Positions 29,241 to 39,053 of a DNA stretch of 64,000 bases are shown here, piece by piece. The DNA comes from Candidatus Micrarchaeota archaeon (GTDB lineage: Archaea; B1Sed10-29; B47-G15), in contig QMVG01000003.1 in assembly GCA_003660975.1 (NCBI GenBank), forward strand, positions 1 to 64,000, written 5' to 3'. The notes under the pieces are model-generated. The model had not been told where the DNA came from, searched no databases, and saw only the letters and a list, made by a program, of their open reading frames with translations. The position numbers were made by a program, and so were the translations under genes. The first letter of the stretch is position 1, and the number at the start of each line of letters is the position of its first letter.

Positions 29241-32200
29241 TTACCCAGCCAACCCCTTTATTTCAAGCGTGCCAGCGTATCTTCTTGGGCTTTGTCCATA
29301 TGGCACGACCATTTTGAAAGCAATCGTGGCATTTGCTTCAAAGAATTTGTTCATAGTACTGGCATTTCTGAAGTATAGGTTCAAAGAAGACCATGTGTAC
29401 TCTGCTCTCGTCAACTGCCTGGGTGAATTACTTGGGTCAGCAGTTGTGCTGCCTTTTTTAGTCACTCCCCCATAATAACTTTTGTTGTATGTGATATTTT
29501 GTACACCTATAATGAACGTGCCTCCAGTCAGGTTCTTCAAGTGTGTGCCGTTTATTTTTACATCAATTTTGGTGTTTCCTATATTGATTATGTGAATATA
29601 TTCAGGACTGCTGGTGTTACTGCCAGCAGCTGTTGTTGGGAATGACAGAGCGCTCTCGTTTATCTGCACAGCAGTTATGGATGGAATTGTTACAGTGTCA
29701 CCTTCTGTATTGTTTATTTTATTATACTGGTTAGCTATGGAGACATTGCACTTCCACGTGCCTGCCTTTGCATAGTATTGGATTCTAAACAAGCAGGCAA
29801 AGTCATAAGTGCCATCACCATTGCTTATATTCCATGTGCATGAGTCATTGGAGTAATGAAGGTTGTCATCATCTGCTATCTTTGAGCTCTTGTAGGAAAT
29901 TGTGAAGTTTGCTTTTGCTTTTTTCAAAGAATATCCTTGAGGGTCAACAGTGAAGTTGCAGGTAATCCTGTGATTGTATTCGTGGGCAGTTATGTCAATG
30001 TCTCCATCATCCGATTGTCCCCAGTCAACTACTTTTACATTGCTGACTAAGGGCGCAGGTGTTGGAGGGTTTCTGACAGTTATCGTGTCTGTAACAGAGA
30101 GCAGTTGTGATGTGCCATTGCTGCAGCTAACATTGTAAGCATATGTGCCTGGTTGGTTGAATTCCTTGAAGAAAGTATAGTTGCCGTAGAAAGGACCTCC
30201 AGCACAAAAGGGTTCTTTGTTAACAGTGTCCATCTGTGCAGAGCCGTTAAACCACATAGGATACCAGTCAACAAACTGCTTTAAAACACCCTGAGAAGGA
30301 CCTCCAGTGGCAGTGTCATTGAAGGATATGTTGCACACAAAGCCATCGTATCTGAACACATTCACTAAGCCATGAGTAGGACCAAGAGGCATCCCCATAT
30401 CATCCATTAGTTGTTCCCAGCCAACACTCACTATCTCAGTGACCTTTGATTTCTCAGCAGAGCGGTTGTCTATGTTATCAGAATATATTTGTTCCACAAA
30501 GCTCTGCACCTCAACTACTGGGTCAGTAGGATCGAAAGGCCACATATACCATAAATACTCCTGCTCTTTTGTTGGAGTGCTTGCCCTGAAAGGACCTCCT
30601 GTTCCAGAGCTTCCCAGCTTGCTTATGTTGAATGTTTTCACAGAGGACTGATACCATGGTCCCCATTGCTGTGCATGTGCTCCTTCGTCATAGCCGCCAA
30701 CAGATATCTCCCTGTGGAACAGTGGTGAGTGCCATGACAGTTCGTCATAGGAGTGGTCAAATTGCGGAGAGTACTTTGCATTCATCTCGCTTACGTAAAC
30801 TGATTTTGCCATTGCCTCAAAACCATTTGGATCAGAGCTTGACCAGGATGTTGAGTTTTCAAGCACAGGGTTTCCAGAGATCGGGAAGAAATTATACACA
30901 ACTATAAACGCATCTTGGTAGCCTATCTGGCCAACAGCGACCACCTGGCCGTTATATCCTGGTGTTGGAGATGTGAAGTTCTCATAAAAGTCAATGTCGT
31001 AAAGCTCTGTAGGTCCTGTGCACCCAGAGACTCCGTAAAAGCTCACATTCAAATCCCTGTGGAGAGCAGAGGGTCCATTGTTGGAAATAAAAGCAAATCT
31101 TGTAATGTATCCATTATACGCAGACGGTTGATTTTCATGGAAGCCACCAACAAAAAAGTGACTATTGTTGTCTGTGTCAATAGCTCTTGCGTGCGTTTCA
31201 TTCCATCTAATGCCTATGCTCTTAGTATTATAGACAAAGGTCACATTTGAAACCAAATTCAATATGCTACCACTGCTGCTTATGTTGTATAGCAAGACGA
31301 AGCCCTTCTGAGAACATGTTGGGTCATCTGTGCTTAGGTCACAGCCACAGTCACCTGTTAAAGCTATTGAGGGCAGTGCTGTTGAGGATATGCGCGTTAC
31401 CTTGACATCCCATGGATGCGCAAAGTTCGTGACGCCTGATCCCCCATAACTCCAGTTTGCCTTATACTCCACTGTCAATGTTCCGCTGCCCAGCTTATTG
31501 GAGCCAGTTGTGTAATTAAATACTCTCACGAAAGCCTTGCTTCTTCCTGCAGTGCTGTAGTTCCCTACTACAACTATTTCCATCCTTCCGTCGCCGTCTA
31601 TGTCTCCTGCCCACACCATTTGCGCAGCTGTGCTGTTACTGCCATATCTCCATCTGGCATAGCTTTCCTTTTGAAGGTAATCTCCAGGAGGAGAGTTCGT
31701 TGGCGTGAAGTTCCATATGCTCAGATATGCCTCATTGTTGCTCGTATTCTCACCTACCACCATTATCTCTGTTACTGTGTCATTGTCAAGGTCAGTTGCA
31801 TAAACACCATAGAATTTCATGTCCTGCCTGCTATCATTGTCAACCATGCTCAATGAGAGCTTTGGTTTTATTGAATCACCCGCGCACATAAATACGTTAT
31901 CATGCTTATGATACGATGCCTGTATTTTCACGTAAAAAGGAGCAGCAGCAGTGCTGGCAGGAACTGTTCCCGTGTCATTGATATCAGAAACAACAAGCCC
32001 TGCTGTGTCTGTTGCCCCTCCGCCTGCCCACGCTGAAAAGGTAGCAGTGGAGAACCAGATATGGCTCCTGTTTTGGCCGAAGCTTAGGGAATCTGTTGAT
32101 ATCTCCTGCCAATCTCCATTGCATTTGAAGTTTTCACTGTCAAAGTCAGGACATCTAAAAAGTTGACTAACATAACTGCTTTTCCTCATTGTTATGTTAG

Positions 32201-33047
32201 CATAGCCAAAATTATTCAGGTTTTCGACAAGTATAACTGGCGTGACAATCCTTAGACCATTCACTCTTTCGTTATAATCTCCAATAATAACTGATGCTTG
32301 CTCTCCTTTTCTTATGTTTTTTATCATGATGTTTACGTCTTTGTCATCCAACATAGCGTCAAAAGTATCAGGACTGCTGTTTGTGGTTATAACAGTTCCA
32401 ATATCTCTATTATATTTGTCCTTAAAAGCAATGTTATAAGCAAAAGGCCCCTCGCGTTTTATTATAAGCCAACTTTCATTTTCCCTCTCCTTAACAATAA
32501 AGCTGGTCTCTGCAATTGCTTTTCTCGTGTAGAAAAAGACCTGATAAAAACCTGGCTCATCTGTGGAGTATGCAAGGGAGAAGTCCCTAATTACGAACTC
32601 CTCAGTACTCTTGTCTGGCTTCACTATTTGAATAAGACCCTCTCTTTCGTTTGACTTTAATGTTATCTGTTCTCCGAGCTCATACACCTCTTTGTCAGCA
32701 GAGATGCAAAGCTTTTGCTCTGTTTCAGTGCCTGTATTGTTTTCATATCCTTCACTTGTATTGAAATCATTGCTTGCATTATTTTGGACAAGTTCTTGGC
32801 TCGAAGATACATTAGCATCCAAGGTATTGTTTACAGTCTGGTTAAAAGAAAGGGCAGGGAGGAACAGCATGGCAAGCAGAAGCAGAGAGAGGAATATGCC
32901 TGCTTTTCCTCCCTTCTTTGATGCTGAGACAGGGCCAGCGGATTGGATGACAGAAAGTGAAGGCCCTATCTCCTTTCTGAGCATAAGGGAAAAGGTATGA
33001 AAATCGAAAATACTCTCAACTAAGCCTGTGAAAATTGAAACTTTCAT
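29241..33047 (-). CDS. Large secreted adhesin-like protein: FG-GAP-like beta-propeller region plus C-terminal copy of the small-subunit domain
   Basis: Hydrophobic signal segment; DLDNDTVTEIMVVG and GDIDGDGRMEIVVVG repeats; last ~275 aa paralogous to 26997-27935; start codon uncertain. Confidence 0.7.
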   Translation of the reverse strand: MKVSIFTGLVESIFDFHTFSLMLRKEIGPSLSVIQSAGPVSASKKGGKAGIFLSLLLLAMLFLPALSFNQTVNNTLDANVSSSQELVQNNASNDFNTSEGYENNTGTETEQKLCISADKEVYELGEQITLKSNEREGLIQIVKPDKSTEEFVIRDFSLAYSTDEPGFYQVFFYTRKAIAETSFIVKERENESWLIIKREGPFAYNIAFKDKYNRDIGTVITTNSSPDTFDAMLDDKDVNIMIKNIRKGEQASVIIGDYNERVNGLRIVTPVILVENLNNFGYANITMRKSSYVSQLFRCPDFDSENFKCNGDWQEISTDSLSFGQNRSHIWFSTATFSAWAGGGATDTAGLVVSDINDTGTVPASTAAAPFYVKIQASYHKHDNVFMCAGDSIKPKLSLSMVDNDSRQDMKFYGVYATDLDNDTVTEIMVVGENTSNNEAYLSIWNFTPTNSPPGDYLQKESYARWRYGSNSTAAQMVWAGDIDGDGRMEIVVVGNYSTAGRSKAFVRVFNYTTGSNKLGSGTLTVEYKANWSYGGSGVTNFAHPWDVKVTRISSTALPSIALTGDCGCDLSTDDPTCSQKGFVLLYNISSSGSILNLVSNVTFVYNTKSIGIRWNETHARAIDTDNNSHFFVGGFHENQPSAYNGYITRFAFISNNGPSALHRDLNVSFYGVSGCTGPTELYDIDFYENFTSPTPGYNGQVVAVGQIGYQDAFIVVYNFFPISGNPVLENSTSWSSSDPNGFEAMAKSVYVSEMNAKYSPQFDHSYDELSWHSPLFHREISVGGYDEGAHAQQWGPWYQSSVKTFNISKLGSSGTGGPFRASTPTKEQEYLWYMWPFDPTDPVVEVQSFVEQIYSDNIDNRSAEKSKVTEIVSVGWEQLMDDMGMPLGPTHGLVNVFRYDGFVCNISFNDTATGGPSQGVLKQFVDWYPMWFNGSAQMDTVNKEPFCAGGPFYGNYTFFKEFNQPGTYAYNVSCSNGTSQLLSVTDTITVRNPPTPAPLVSNVKVVDWGQSDDGDIDITAHEYNHRITCNFTVDPQGYSLKKAKANFTISYKSSKIADDDNLHYSNDSCTWNISNGDGTYDFACLFRIQYYAKAGTWKCNVSIANQYNKINNTEGDTVTIPSITAVQINESALSFPTTAAGSNTSSPEYIHIINIGNTKIDVKINGTHLKNLTGGTFIIGVQNITYNKSYYGGVTKKGSTTADPSNSPRQLTRAEYTWSSLNLYFRNASTMNKFFEANATIAFKMVVPYGQSPRRYAGTLEIKGLAG

Positions 33048-33146
33048 CCAATCCGCTTCTAATAAGTGCTTTAGAAATAAATAGCTATCGCCTATTGCGT
33101 TGTTTTTGCAATATCTCGTTTATTATCATTAAGTAGCATAAAAAAA

Positions 33147-33221
33147 CGGGCCCGGTGGGATTCGAACCCACGATCTGCGGCTTAGAAGGCCGCCGCATTA
33201 TCCAGGCTATGCTACGGACCC
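33147..33221 (-). tRNA. tRNA-Arg(UCU)
   Basis: GGGTCCGTAGCATAGCCTGGATAATGCG-GCGGC-CT-TCT-AA-GCCGC-AGATC-GTGGG-TTCGAAT-CCCAC-CGGGCCC-G cloverleaf. Confidence 0.96.
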
Positions 33222-34943
33222 TTACATTCTATCTGGAGCTTCAATCCCAAGCAAACTAAGCGCATTTTTTACAACATTTATGAATGCTTTTACAAGAGCA
33301 ACCCTGCTTGCTTTCAGCTTTTCATCAGCTGCTTTAAGCACAGGACAGCTCTCATAAAACATTGAATATGTGTGAACCAAGTCAAGCAGGTACTGGGCTA
33401 TCAGCTGTGGCTTGTATTCTGCAGCTTTCTTGACTACATTAGGATATTCTGCTATTTTCATTATTAACTCTTTCTCTTCCCTGCTTGACAGTAATGCAGG
33501 ATTTCCAGCAGTTTTGCTTTCACCTAATTTTTTTAAGATGCTATTGGCCCTTGCATATGCATACTGGACATAAGGTCCTGTGTCTCCTTCAAACCTGATT
33601 GCATCTTCCTTGTTGAAGTATATGTCTCTTCTCATGTCTGTTTTTAGCATAGCAAATTTAATGGCCCCAAGAGCAATTTTCCTTGCAGTTTCTTCTATAA
33701 ACCTTTCATCCGCATCTGGATTTCTCTTTGCAGTTTCATAGCGAGCCAGCTCTACCACTTCATTTACTAAGTCATCAAGCCACACAACAATGCCTTTTCT
33801 CGAACTCATCTTGCCTTCTGGCAAATAAACCATTCCATACCAGAGATGAATGCATTTATCCACGATAGGATAATCAAGAAGCTCCAGTATTTTGAACAAC
33901 TGCTGAAAATACAGTTTGTGGTCTGCTGCGACCACGTAAAGAGAGATGTCTGGATTGAACTTTTCTAGTTTCTCATAGGCAAGGGCTATATCATTTGTTA
34001 TGTATATGCTTGTGCCGTCTGCCCTCAAGACCACCTTATCTGGAAGACCATATCTCTCTAATGGTGCTATTACGGCTCCGCTTTCGTCCTTTTTGAATAC
34101 TCCCTTTCTGAGAGCTTCCATGACTATCTCTTTTCCCCTTTCGTACATCTCTTCCTCATAAAAATAAACGTCAAACTCCGTGCCCAGCATTTTATATGTT
34201 TCCTCTCTTCCCTTTTCTGCCCATGATATTATCTTTTTCCATAGCTCCATTACATCGGGGTCTCCTGCCTCCCATTTCTGCAGCATTTTTTGTGCTTCTT
34301 CATTTAGTGATGGGTCCTCTTCTGCCTTCTTCGTGAACATTATGTAATATTTTCCAACAAAGTGGTCTGCTTTCATGCCACTGCTTTCTGGAGTGGCTCC
34401 ATGCCCCCATTTTAAATAACCTAGCATTGCCTTGCATATTGCTATTCCTCTGTTGTTTATGAGATTTGCTTTTACAACCTTATAGCCATTTGCCTCCAAG
34501 ATTCTGGCTATTGCCATGCCAAGAACATTGTTCCTTAGGTGGCCAACGTGCTGAGGTTTATTTGGGTTCGGCTGTGAGTATTCAAGCAAGACCTTTAATC
34601 CATTGCCACTGTCATTCTGCCCATAGCTTTCATCTTTAGCCTCTTTTAACACCTGTTCAGCAAAGTCCTCCCAATCCAGGTAAAAGTTTATGTAAGGGCC
34701 TGCTGTTTTGACTTCTTTGATAAGGCCAGATTTTTTTATTTTCCCTGCAATTTCCTCAGCTACTTCTTTTGGATTCCTCTTTTTTTGTTTTGCTATTTCA
34801 AAAGCTATGGTGCAAGACAAATCTCCCAGAGACGGGTTAGGAGGAGTGGATATATGTTCCTCTTCAATCCTCATACCACTTGCTGCTTCAACAGCTTTCT
34901 TAACATCATCAACGAATCTGTCAAAGGCGTACATTACCATCAC
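33222..34943 (-). CDS. argS: Arginine--tRNA ligase
   Basis: QPNPNKPQHVGHLRN, KMSSRKG, FEGDTGPYVQYAYAR and terminal APDRM. Confidence 0.97.
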   Translation of the reverse strand: MMVMYAFDRFVDDVKKAVEAASGMRIEEEHISTPPNPSLGDLSCTIAFEIAKQKKRNPKEVAEEIAGKIKKSGLIKEVKTAGPYINFYLDWEDFAEQVLKEAKDESYGQNDSGNGLKVLLEYSQPNPNKPQHVGHLRNNVLGMAIARILEANGYKVVKANLINNRGIAICKAMLGYLKWGHGATPESSGMKADHFVGKYYIMFTKKAEEDPSLNEEAQKMLQKWEAGDPDVMELWKKIISWAEKGREETYKMLGTEFDVYFYEEEMYERGKEIVMEALRKGVFKKDESGAVIAPLERYGLPDKVVLRADGTSIYITNDIALAYEKLEKFNPDISLYVVAADHKLYFQQLFKILELLDYPIVDKCIHLWYGMVYLPEGKMSSRKGIVVWLDDLVNEVVELARYETAKRNPDADERFIEETARKIALGAIKFAMLKTDMRRDIYFNKEDAIRFEGDTGPYVQYAYARANSILKKLGESKTAGNPALLSSREEKELIMKIAEYPNVVKKAAEYKPQLIAQYLLDLVHTYSMFYESCPVLKAADEKLKASRVALVKAFINVVKNALSLLGIEAPDRM

Positions 34944-34979
34944 TTAAATTGTAAACCAAGAAAAATAAAAAGAGTGAGG

Positions 34980-35324
34980 CTATTCTACTTTTATGCGCCT
35001 GCCTCTCTTTCCCCTACGCTTCAATGCTCTGCTGTGTTCCTCATTTATCTTTAATATAGGCCCAAAAAACCTATTTATCTTCCTGTTTATAATCCAGGAC
35101 ATTACGATAGACAGGATCAGATAGGACGTAAAGATGAAGATTAAGATGCCTCCCAATATTGAGGCAAACAAGAGTATAATCTTGTAAATTAAGTCTCCTG
35201 GGGATATGACAACCCATATGAAGTTTATTACTCCCAGTGTGAGTATTAGCGCAAAGAAAACAACAACAGCACCTTCTTTCCCAAGCAGTTTTATAATCAA
35301 CTTAATTTTGTTAATTACTTCCAT
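34980..35324 (-). CDS. Hypothetical membrane protein
   Basis: Two hydrophobic segments and a basic tail; co-oriented with its neighbours. Confidence 0.6.
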   Translation of the reverse strand: MEVINKIKLIIKLLGKEGAVVVFFALILTLGVINFIWVVISPGDLIYKIILLFASILGGILIFIFTSYLILSIVMSWIINRKINRFFGPILKINEEHSRALKRRGKRGRRIKVE

Positions 35325-35336
35325 ATTCTAAGCAAC

Positions 35337-36659
35337 TCAATTCTCTTTTATTAACTTTTCTACAACAGCTTTTAGCTCACTTAACATTTTTTCAGCACTT
35401 TCCTTACTGTCAAATTCCCCCTTTATCCTTATTGTGTCCTCTGTATTGCTTGGCCTAATGGCAAACCACCCTCCTTTTCCGCTGACCCTAACACCATCTA
35501 TTGTTATTGGATTCCAATCGTTATAGATTTGCTTGAGCTTCACTACAACCATCTCTTTCTTTTCCTCAGGGCAGTGTATATTTGCTTTTATTGGATACCA
35601 ACTGGGCAGTTCGCTTACTAGCTTACTCAAACTGCCTTTCATAGCCACTATTTCAGCCATTCTCAAAGCAGCATATATGCCGTCGTCATAGCCAAAATAG
35701 TCATCGTGAAAGAAGTAATGACCAGAAGCCTCGGCAGCAAAAACAGCGTTGTAATCAAAAAGTATTCTCCTTATGTTTGTGTGTCCTGTTGGACTTATCA
35801 TAGCCACTCCTCCACTACTCTCAATGGTTTTTCTTATAAGTTCAGATGCCATTATGTCAAATACTACCTTTCCTTTCTGCTTCGCAAGCACATCTTTTAT
35901 GAAGAGCATGCTGCTTTGAGTGCCTGACAAAATCCTTCCTTTATCATCCACAAAGACCACTCTATCTGCATCTCCATCAGTAGCTACGCCGATGTCTGCA
36001 TTTTCTCTTATTACTGTTTCTTTGAGCTCGCTTAGCCTTTCTTCTATGTCTGGATTTGGGTCTCCCTTTGGAAAGTTTCCGTCTGGCTCTCCGTTTAGCA
36101 CTATGACATCATTTCCCAATCTCTTTAGTATTGGCTCAAGAGCAAGAGCTCCAACACCATTCATTGCATCAATCACAATTTTCAAGCCTTCAAATTCAAA
36201 TTTACTGCTTAGATAATCTATGTAATCAGGGAGCACCTCTTTTTTCTCTATTTTCCCAGCTCCAATCCTAAAAGCATTTTCCTTAATTATTCTTTCTATC
36301 TTTTTTAGCTCTTCTCCACCCAGTGTCCTCAAGCCCCTACACAGCTTCACCCCATTATATTCCTTTGGGTTGTGGGAGGCTGTTATCATAGCAGCAGCTA
36401 TCTTATTGTAGAAAGCTGCTGAGAAGTATAATACAGGAGTGGGGACAAGACCTATGTCTATGGCATCACAACCAGTGTCGTTTAGGCCTTTTATGAAAGC
36501 GTTTTTTAATAATGGTGATGAGAGGCGCCCGTCCATGCCCACAAAGGCAGTATCTGCGTTTAGATATGTTGCATATGCTCTGCCAATGTCCTCCACAAGC
36601 TTCTCTGTAAGCTCTTTTCCGTACACGCCCCGTACGTCATATGCTCTGAATACTGACAT
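35337..36659 (-). CDS. Phosphomannomutase/phosphoglucomutase
   Basis: FRAYDVRG, TASHNP, DGDADR, EASGH and RPSNTE motifs; true start MSVFRAYD at 36659. Confidence 0.94.
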   Translation of the reverse strand: MSVFRAYDVRGVYGKELTEKLVEDIGRAYATYLNADTAFVGMDGRLSSPLLKNAFIKGLNDTGCDAIDIGLVPTPVLYFSAAFYNKIAAAMITASHNPKEYNGVKLCRGLRTLGGEELKKIERIIKENAFRIGAGKIEKKEVLPDYIDYLSSKFEFEGLKIVIDAMNGVGALALEPILKRLGNDVIVLNGEPDGNFPKGDPNPDIEERLSELKETVIRENADIGVATDGDADRVVFVDDKGRILSGTQSSMLFIKDVLAKQKGKVVFDIMASELIRKTIESSGGVAMISPTGHTNIRRILFDYNAVFAAEASGHYFFHDDYFGYDDGIYAALRMAEIVAMKGSLSKLVSELPSWYPIKANIHCPEEKKEMVVVKLKQIYNDWNPITIDGVRVSGKGGWFAIRPSNTEDTIRIKGEFDSKESAEKMLSELKAVVEKLIKEN

Positions 36660-36736
36660 GGTGAAATTTAGAGATAGAAGAATATTTAAAACACAGCGTT
36701 GTAATAATATCAATGAATTTCGTAGGCAATTCTGAC

Positions 36737-38992
36737 ATGAAATTGAAGGTTTTAGAAGATGATACGCACATCTTTGTAGGCAGAAAGAAAAGCATACATG
36801 AAAAATATGGTATTGAAGGCAGCTTGCTGTTTGGCAAATCCTTAGAGAAAGAGAAGTTTGGAAAGCTGGTTCATTTGGATGCAATATCTCCTCACGTTAT
36901 ATTTATTTGTGGTGCGAGAGGTTCAGGCAAATCATATGATTTAGGAGTTATTGCAGAAGAGATAATTACAAAGAACCCGAACCTTGCAGCTGTTGTGATA
37001 GACCCTGTGGGTATCTTCTGGTCTATGAAGCACCCTAACAAAGAGGAAAGAGAGGTCAAAGACCTCTTGGAATGGGGACTTGAGCCAAAAGGTCTGGAAA
37101 GCACAAAGGTTTTTATCCCCTATGGTTTGAAGGAAAGCATCCCGAAGGACACATACGATGCTTTGTTTTCTATAAAACCATCTGAACTGACTGTTGACGA
37201 CTGGTGTCTGACCTTTGGCCTTGAAAGGTTCTCGCCAACCAGTCTGCTCCTTGAGAAGGCAATTGAGAAAGCCAAGGCAAAGAAAAGAAATTTTTCCATA
37301 GATGACTTGATAAGAGTTATTGAGAAGGACAAGGAGCTTATCAGCAGAGAGAAGGGATATAGTATAAGCACAAGAAGGGCTTTGCTATCAAGGCTGGAGG
37401 CTGCAAAATCCTGGGGCATTCTCTCAGAAGAAGGCACGAGCTTGTCCGAGATATGTATGGAGGGTATTGTTAGCGTTATAGATATCTCATTTTTGGAAGA
37501 GAATGTATCTTCTTTGGTCATAGGCATGCTCGCCAGGAAAATATTAAATGCAAGGAAAAAGGTTACGAGGCAGGCTTCTATGAAGAAATACGCTATGTCT
37601 GATATAGATGAGCTTTTGGATGTTGAGATTCCGCCAACATGGCTGTTCATAGATGAAGCCCATACACTCATTCCTTCAGGAGGCCTGAAGACAGCAGCCA
37701 CTGACTCTTTAATAGAATATGTTAAGCAGGGAAGAAGACCTGGCTGCTCGCTGGTCTTTGCAACGCAGCAGCCCTCAGCGATAGATACAAAAGTGCTCTC
37801 CCAACTGGATATTCTTATAACTCACAAGCTTGTTTTTGAAGAAGACATAAAAGCAGTTATGAAAAGAGTGCCAACAGTGGTCCCAGATGAGTACAGGAAG
37901 GCATCATTCATAAGGAGCTTGCCAATAGGCGTTGCTCTGCTTGCTGACAGGAGCGAGCAGAGTTCGAGGGCGTTTACAGTTAAGGTGAGACCTAGGTTTT
38001 CTCAGCATGAAGGCAGGGAAACTACAAGCATAGAGTTGGACGAGAACTTTGATGAGGAAACAATAAGGAAGATGATAGTTGAGCTAATATACAAAAAACT
38101 ACAATCAGAAGGTCGCATGCCTCTGCGGAAGCTAGAAACACTGGCCGACACTTTGAAGAGGAGATATAAAGTTAAGATAGAAACAGACGAGATAATACAT
38201 TATTTGGTGGAGAATAAAAACTGCGAGGTTAGAGAGGGAGCGCTGTGGCTAGGAGGTAAAATGCCTTCTTACGAAGAAGAGGCTTTAGAGGAAAAAAGCT
38301 CAACCGAGCTCAGCCAGAAAGCGCTACCTGTTTTGATAAGTGAAGAAAAAGCAAAGCAAATTGCAGAAAAGCGCAAAAAAGAGAAATTGCTTGGATTGTT
38401 TGGAAAAGAGGAAAAGGTCAAGAGCATTGAACTTGTTTACTCCCCTGTCTATATGCTTTCGTATTCAAGAAAATCAGAGCGCGGTTCTATTCCATCGCGC
38501 TGCTTTGTTAGTCCTGATTATGAACTTCTCTTCTTTGGCAAGAAAGGCCTTCAAAAGACAAAGTCAATAAACATGCTTTTGGACCTTTCTGATAAGAAAT
38601 TTAGGGTCTTTAAGGAACTTAGGGCTGCTTGGTTGACCAGAAAGCAGGTTCAAGAAAAGACACTACTCACTGCGCAGGCTGCTGCCAAATACCTCAGAGA
38701 ACTTGTTGGTGCTGGCCTTGTGGAGAGAAAGGGAGAAAAGTACAGGGCAAAGAATCTGGACGTGCCCAATGATATACTGTCTGCAAGTTTCAGCCTTGAA
38801 AATGTGGACCTGGTCAAGCCAAGAAACGCCAAAGTAGAGGAAATCAAATGCAATGAGAAGAGAATCCAGTCTATACCTAAACTTTTTGGCCCTGCTATAA
38901 TTGATAGTGTTGATATCGTACTTCTTCCAAAGTGGCGGGTTACATACGAATCTGCAGGGAAATCCAGGATAGAGGAGTTCTTTGCTTTATAA
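36737..38992 (+). CDS. HerA/FtsK-like (DUF87) ATPase with C-terminal winged-helix region
   Basis: Walker A GARGSGKS, Walker B FIDEAH, QGR and ATQQP motifs; C-terminal wHTH-like KYLRELVGAGLVER. Confidence 0.85.
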   Translation: MKLKVLEDDTHIFVGRKKSIHEKYGIEGSLLFGKSLEKEKFGKLVHLDAISPHVIFICGARGSGKSYDLGVIAEEIITKNPNLAAVVIDPVGIFWSMKHPNKEEREVKDLLEWGLEPKGLESTKVFIPYGLKESIPKDTYDALFSIKPSELTVDDWCLTFGLERFSPTSLLLEKAIEKAKAKKRNFSIDDLIRVIEKDKELISREKGYSISTRRALLSRLEAAKSWGILSEEGTSLSEICMEGIVSVIDISFLEENVSSLVIGMLARKILNARKKVTRQASMKKYAMSDIDELLDVEIPPTWLFIDEAHTLIPSGGLKTAATDSLIEYVKQGRRPGCSLVFATQQPSAIDTKVLSQLDILITHKLVFEEDIKAVMKRVPTVVPDEYRKASFIRSLPIGVALLADRSEQSSRAFTVKVRPRFSQHEGRETTSIELDENFDEETIRKMIVELIYKKLQSEGRMPLRKLETLADTLKRRYKVKIETDEIIHYLVENKNCEVREGALWLGGKMPSYEEEALEEKSSTELSQKALPVLISEEKAKQIAEKRKKEKLLGLFGKEEKVKSIELVYSPVYMLSYSRKSERGSIPSRCFVSPDYELLFFGKKGLQKTKSINMLLDLSDKKFRVFKELRAAWLTRKQVQEKTLLTAQAAAKYLRELVGAGLVERKGEKYRAKNLDVPNDILSASFSLENVDLVKPRNAKVEEIKCNEKRIQSIPKLFGPAIIDSVDIVLLPKWRVTYESAGKSRIEEFFAL

Positions 38993-39053
38993 CCTTTTTT
39001 TAGTGGTAACAAAAAATGTTTTAATATGTTAAACAGAAAAAGATACGGATACT

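Noticed and set aside
36660-36884. N-terminal extension of the phosphomannomutase ORF
   Set aside because: It overlaps the divergent ATPase gene, and the family start MSVFRAYD is at 36659. Similar over-long starts were trimmed at 2269, 9168, 12996, 22715, 45282, 60233 and 63718
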